A stretch of DNA of 64,000 nucleotides. Origin: Octopus sinensis. Lineage: Eukaryota. Each line of letters starts with the position of its first letter. Positions within the stretch are counted from its first letter, which is position 1. The stretch lies in the NCBI RefSeq assembly GCF_006345805.1, contig NC_042999.1:87296001-87360000 (forward strand). Direction: 5' to 3'. Of the stretch, positions 60,250 through 64,000 are shown in pieces. A model generated the notes under the pieces. That model was not told the DNA's origin and did not search any database. It worked only from the letters and a program-made list of their open reading frames with translations. The position numbers and the translations under genes are program-made.

Positions 60250-60340
<91 letters not shown>
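60108..60340. repeat. (TA)n/(CA)n compound microsatellite
   Basis: Read directly; similar tracts at 59125-59190, 60665-60745, 60885-61096, 61318-61390 and 61509-61560. Confidence 0.95.
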
Positions 60341-60345
<5 letters not shown>

Positions 60346-60664
60346 ACTTTGAAGAGATGTAACACTGGACACAGATGAGATTGACACAAACTCAGCTGCT
60401 GGCCCTGGTGGATTTCCAGCGGTCCTTTTCAAATCGTACAAGCGAACACTTGCAAAACCACTGCAACTTCTTTTTCAGAGCTTTCAGATAAACTGAAGAA
60501 ACGGATAATATGCCCTATCCATAAGGGAGGAAGCAGAGTAGATACTAAAAATTATTGGCCTATCTCTCTAACTTCACACATCAGCAAAGTCATGGAACGA
60601 ATAGTCCGCAAAAAACTAATCGTCTTCCTTGAAGAAAATGACATGCTTACTGACACCCAGCATG
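60341..60664 (+). repeat. Inverted duplicate of 59785-60107
   Basis: Reverse complement of the left arm, with about 3 differences seen. Confidence 0.92.
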
Positions 60665-60680
60665 TATATATATATAAACA

Positions 60681-60729
<49 letters not shown>

Positions 60730-60886
60730 GCATATATATATATATTCTCTTCTGTTTATTTCCTTGTGTTCCTTTCTGTTGAAGAGCGTAGGATCGAAAC
60801 GTAAAAGACTTTCTCACCTTCCCTGCTTGTTGTTTATATACCTCTCTTCGTCTTTTGTTTTTCTGTATATTTCAACTGTCTATATA

Positions 60887-60943
<57 letters not shown>

Positions 60944-61033
60944 CACACACACACAAACATATATATATATATACTCACACTTATGTGTGCGTATATGTGC
61001 CCTTGTCCATATGCAATATATTAATAGATAGTA

Positions 61034-61096
<63 letters not shown>

Positions 61097-61099
<3 letters not shown>

Positions 61100-61308
61100 G
61101 GTGCAACAGAAAGGTTGTTCCGATTTCAAAGGTTAATAGAAGACAAGCGCATGAAGATACATGAAAAACTTTGTATTTCTATGAAGTTCATTAAATGCCA
61201 GGTAGTACCCGCCATGGTCTGGAGTGGAGAGCATCATTTTTTTTATATCTTCATGCGTTTGTTTTTTTATTAACCTTTGAAATCGGGCAACCTTTCTGCC
61301 GCACCCTG
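61097..61308. mobile_element. Tc1/mariner-type MITE
   Basis: TA|cagggtgcaacagaaaggttg ... caacctttctgccgcaccctg|TA; inverted similarity extends about 60 bp. Confidence 0.85.
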
Positions 61309-61504
61309 TATAAATATGTGTGTATGTGTATGTGTGTGTGTATGTGTGTTTGTGTGTGTGTGTATGTGTGTGTGTGTGTGTTAGTGTGTGTAAGTTCGTG
61401 TCTAAGTGTCAGATTTAAAAATATGTCTGTGGTCGATTTGTCTGATTTTCCCGACAAGGTGATGCTCGACCATGGCCGTAGTCCAATGAGTGGAACAAAT
61501 AAAA

Positions 61505-61561
<57 letters not shown>

Positions 61562-61680
61562 GGTGCAGACGTGGCTGTGTGGTAAGAAGCTTGTTTCCCA
61601 ACTACATGGTTCAGGGCTCAGTCTCACTGCGTGGCACCTTCTGCAAGTGTCTTCTACTATAGCCTCGGGTCGACCAAACA
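61562..61680 (+). mobile_element. tRNA-derived SINE 5' portion
   Basis: gtggctgtgtggtaagaagc (A-box-like) ... caagtgtcttctactatagcctcgggtcgacc. Confidence 0.7.
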
Positions 61681-62538
61681 TTATCACTTGGCAACTTGTT
61701 TGCTTTTAGTGAAGTATACTCTTATGCATGGTAGGTATTCAGCCCAAAATTTCGGGTTCGGGGAAACCTCCCTCCAACCAATCTCAGACGCCTTGTAACG
61801 TGAAATGGGCACTGTCTTCATTCCAGACAAAAAACAATTTTCAAAATCATTTTAGCCGACATACTGAGACTTATTAGTGTTAATAAATGTTGTTTTATCT
61901 CTTTCACAGGCACACTTATAATTATCTATAGACGGTGTTTAATGCAATAGCAATTAATTAATTGAATCTAGCTTAGCTACCAGCAAATCATTGAATTATA
62001 CCAATTAGTCCAAGTGTTTTAACAAATTGACTGCATTTAGTGGTTATAAATAGCCATAAGCAATGTATCTCTATGTGAACGGACGAGGTGGATAAGTAGC
62101 TTCAAGATGAACCCAATTTGATTCGAAGTCAAATAAATCACTCTCCCCACATCGCCACTTTGTTTCCGCCTGCAGAAAAGTTAAGAGCAGTTTATATTAC
62201 ATAATTATCCATTAATGCTATTTAATGCTCTTCTTTTCTCCCTTCTCTCTCGCACACACAGAAAGTGCACTGATGTTTGCGAACACTTTAGTGCAAGCAT
62301 AGGCAATAGTTTTCGAGAAGCAGGCTGCATAGACCTTGGTTCATCATCAGGAGTGCCGCACTACTAAAAGATTTCAAGGTAATTTTTCCTTACACGCGCC
62401 ATTCAGAAAGTCTCGCTGGTCGCATTTCCCTTTCACTGCTTTAGCGCGCCATAAAGACGACCTAACGTAATATTAGGCAGCATATGCCAAATTTTAACTT
62501 CTACATTGCCCTTTTAGAAGTATCAACAGCATCAACAG

Positions 62539-62747
62539 CCGTTCAAGAATTTGGATCTAGAGATCTCCATTTCCAGTGACTTCGAGGGCGACCTCCCAGT
62601 GGTGTCGGGCGTCAACAAAGAGCCCTCGACTACAACAAGACGACCAAAGTTTTTTTTCTAAGGTCTGTGGTCTCCCGCCCCTAAGATCTAGACCATCACC
62701 TAATTACCCTTACCCATCTTGTTGCTTAACAACAACAACAAAAACAA
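62539..62747 (+). mobile_element. Short retroposon insertion with (AAC)n tail
   Basis: 15-bp TSD caacagcatcaacag at 62524-62538 and 62748-62762. Confidence 0.7.
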
Positions 62748-63064
62748 CAACAGCATCAACAGAACATATTCCAATTTGACACAGAACATGACAAAGTGTG
62801 CCTTACTCGTACTTGTAGCTGTCAACAATAGCGAATCGGAGATCAGTAGCATCTTGAAAGTGGTTGAATCCTTAGTAATCAGAGTTGGGAAGGATTAGAG
62901 GTCTCTTAAAAAGATATGTGTCATCTGTGGACAAGAGAAAGAAACTATTCTTTACAGTTGAATGTCATCCGGATGGTCGGGTTCGTTCAACAGGTCCGAC
63001 GCTCAAATCAAGAGCCCCAGAGAATCCACGAGGACTACATACGTACGTCCGTATGCATGCGTGC

Positions 63065-63067
<3 letters not shown>

Positions 63068-63097
<30 letters not shown>

Positions 63098-64000
63098 TGT
63101 ATGTATGTATGCATGTATGTATGTATGTATGTATGTATGCATGTATGTATGTATGTATGTATGTATGTATGCATGCATGCATGCATGTATATATGTATGT
63201 ATGATGTCTTGCAAACAACTTGTACATGCAAGTGCTACCAGTTAAAAGCTCCGTATACCGGAAGCTAGCAAGTGTATGGAATCATCAGGAGAGAATGCGC
63301 GCCGTTTCGGGGCCTACCTCTCGACGGCATCAATGCGCACCGGCCCCCCTCACTGATATGAGGCCCCGCTTGCTAGATCAGCTGGTTATGAAGAACTCAA
63401 TATACTTTTAGCCATCGCTCATCGTCTCTTTTTAACCAAATCCAGTCGCTAGCCTTCTCCACGGTAGATTGGATATCAGTCATGGTGGTATTGAATTTAC
63501 GATGAGTTAGGCCTAGCGATAACAACAGTCGTCTCACGCTGTGTCCAACAAACCCTCTACATCCGACTTCGATAGGAAAATGTTCCGCTTTCCAGCCTGC
63601 GTCTTCACATTCCTCGAGGAGGTTTTCATAACGGTTCAATTTTCGAGCCCGAGCGGCGTCCATATTATCTTCATGAGGAACCTTAGCTCGACTATATTTA
63701 CAACTTTCTTTCTTTCACACCACATCAAAATATCTGGTTTTTTCGAAACTGGGATGGGAAAGAAAACCTGGCACCCAGGCAAATCTGCAGTTACCTCTCA
63801 ATTGCCGTTCCACTTTTCATTTTTCTCAGGAAGTTTCTTGATTTTCTTCTTGAAACGGATCCGCTGACCTAGTCGCACGAAGGTAATGAAATCTCTTGAT
63901 GGTACTTTTAACGGTTTTTCCTCAGTGTTGCTGAGATGAATTTGGTTCTTTATAACAGTGAAGATAACCTTAAGGACCAAGTTGTGCCTCCATGTGTACC
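63068..64000 (-). mobile_element. Non-LTR retrotransposon 3' end with restriction-like endonuclease (Hero/R2-like); runs off the window
   Basis: Minus strand reads YTWRHNLVL, KPDILMW...VEL, RKLNRY...PIEVGCRGF...SDWIWLKR, then a 3' UTR and a (CATA)n tract. Confidence 0.85.

Noticed and set aside
60771-60810. Minimal hammerhead-like motif (ttgaaga...cgaaacgta) in a possible Penelope-like fragment
   Set aside because: The core reads TTGAAGA rather than CTGANGA and stems I/II are poorly formed; at best a degenerate relic.
59091-63268. Many YI/HT/VC/MYVC-rich ORFs
   Set aside because: Microsatellite translations.

Overview
AT-rich animal genomic DNA, not prokaryotic. The SINE/MITE repertoire and microsatellites suggest a cephalopod, probably Octopus (inference). 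Most of the window (1390-51936, + strand) is the 3' part of one spliced gene. I traced 25 GT-AG exons by hand; they join in frame (3044 nt, about 1013 aa to a TAA stop) and encode a Strawberry-notch (SBNO/FORGETTER1-family) SF2 helicase-like protein. Its 5' exons lie upstream of the window. It looks like a divergent paralogue: the central insert is very short, and the last exon adds a canonical PCNA-binding PIP box, a second PIP-like motif, a basic NLS and a C-terminal CCHC UBZ-type zinc finger. One intron is 19 kb. Its last ~9 kb has no recognisable transposons, is rich in hairpins and multibranch folds, and ends near a candidate microexon/poison exon. The remaining sequence is SINEs, LINE fragments (RTE, CR1-like, Hero-like), MITEs, a Helitron, a piggyBac relic, microsatellites and a ~880-bp fold-back. 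CpG depletion ends at about 55.4 kb. Most ORFs in the supplied track are spurious.
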